From positions 34,494-98,493 of the forward strand of contig CAIQWT010000050.1 of the NCBI GenBank assembly GCA_903875605.1: 64,000 nt of DNA. The letters run 5' to 3'. The stretch comes from an uncultured Geobacteraceae bacterium (GTDB taxonomy: Bacteria; Desulfobacterota; Desulfuromonadia; Geobacterales; Pseudopelobacteraceae). Position numbers and translations under genes: made by a program. The first letter of the stretch is position 1. Every line of letters begins with the position of its first letter. The notes under the pieces are model-generated. The model was not told the origin of the DNA and searched no databases. It saw nothing but the letters and a program-made list of their open reading frames with translations. Positions 63,249 through 64,000 of the stretch are shown here, piece by piece.

Positions 63249-64000
63249 GTGGCCGACAAAAAACGTATTTTACTTATTGATAATGAAGCTGGACTATGCC
63301 GGATGATGGAACAGATTTTGGTGGACCACGGGTATCTGGTACGCTCCTTCACGTCGCCTCAAAAGGCGGTGGAAGAGTTTAAGGCAGGCGCATGGGATCT
63401 GGTGATCAGCGACATTAAAATGCCCGGCATGAGTGGCATGGAAGTGTTGCAGATAATAAAAGCCAAGCAACAGGACATTCCTGTCATCATGATTACAGCT
63501 TACGCAACCGTGGAAATGTCGATTCAGGCTCTTAGAAAAGGCGCATACGATATGTTGACCAAGCCGTTTGAACCTGATGAGCTTGTCTATCGTGTAAAAA
63601 ATGCTCTGCAGCAAAGACAGTTGCTCGAAGAAAACCGTGAACTGCGGGCTGAACTCGAAGAAAAATTCCGTTTTGAAAATATAATCGGAGCCAGCGAAGG
63701 ACTAAAGAGCGTTTTGGAGCGAGTCAGTAAAGTTGCCATTCGTGATACATCGATTCTCGTGACTGGTGAATCAGGCACTGGTAAAGAGCTGATTGCTCAA
63801 GCAATTCATTACAATTCTCCTCGCAGGGAAAAACGATTTATTGCCATAAATTGCGGTGCTTTACCTGAAAATCTGCTTGAGAGTGAGTTGTTCGGCTATA
63901 AAAAAGGGGCCTTCACCGGAGCGACAGAGAGTCGCGCCGGATTGCTGGAAACGGCAAGTGGCGGCACCTTGTTTCTGGACGAAGTCGGCAATCTGCCGAT
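63249..64000 (+). CDS. Sigma54-dependent response regulator (NtrC family), truncated by the window edge
   Basis: Missing from the ORF track (GTG start directly after the kinase stop, and it runs off the window). Hand translation: VADKKRILLIDNEAGLCRMM...ISDIKMPGMSG (receiver), then GESGTGKE (Walker A), ESELFGYKKGAFTGA and GGTLFLDEVG. Confidence 0.85.
   Translation, partial: MADKKRILLIDNEAGLCRMMEQILVDHGYLVRSFTSPQKAVEEFKAGAWDLVISDIKMPGMSGMEVLQIIKAKQQDIPVIMITAYATVEMSIQALRKGAYDMLTKPFEPDELVYRVKNALQQRQLLEENRELRAELEEKFRFENIIGASEGLKSVLERVSKVAIRDTSILVTGESGTGKELIAQAIHYNSPRREKRFIAINCGALPENLLESELFGYKKGAFTGATESRAGLLETASGGTLFLDEVGNLP

Noticed and set aside
1-64000. I searched by eye for CRISPR arrays, IS or transposase genes, integrases, tRNA/rRNA genes, GEMM-type cyclic-dinucleotide riboswitches (GCAAAGCC-type cores) in intergenic leaders, and in-frame TGA selenocysteine candidates.
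   Set aside because: None was found. All intergenic gaps longer than 90 nt were read on both strands. They contained only promoters, terminators and the small ORF already reported. A covariance-model scan would still be needed to exclude small RNAs.

Overview
This window is a chromosomal segment, most likely from a Desulfuromonadales/Geobacter-like deltaproteobacterium. The lineage call rests on a eukaryote-type citrate synthase, several multihaem c-type cytochromes next to an NHL-repeat lipoprotein, a desulfoferrodoxin/rubrerythrin pair, and CcdA/TlpA cytochrome-maturation genes. Almost every gene is on the minus strand and packing is dense. By eye I found no rRNA, tRNA, CRISPR array, transposase, integrase or prophage genes.

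Two regions look like accessory or poorly understood systems.

(1) 2.7-11.1 kb encodes exported proteins: a subtilisin (S8) protease with a [10 protein letters not shown]-type C-terminal anchor, two tandem paralogous Cys-rich lipoproteins, and an 873-aa multi-Ig lipoprotein. A CHASE2 adenylate/guanylate cyclase lies upstream and an SH3b / M48 protease / FadL-like OMP operon lies downstream.

(2) 44.4-58.7 kb encodes a hybrid type IV pilus / type II secretion machine. It has GspF and GspE, PilM/N/O/P-like proteins, a TPR-secretin-cohesin fusion and three pseudopilins. Three multihaem cytochromes, an NHL lipoprotein and a polyprenyl-phosphate glycosyltransferase sit directly upstream. The machine runs with only a 3-nt gap into ftsE-ftsX-envC-ctpA-yibQ.

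The rest is housekeeping: ispB, a DEAD-box helicase, two ABC-F ATPases, lptFG, gltA, ndh, an MMPL exporter, an LtaS-like transferase, and a two-component system. Two edge-truncated genes and a 54-aa gene missing from the ORF track were translated by hand. All family assignments come from motif recognition only; no database search was possible.
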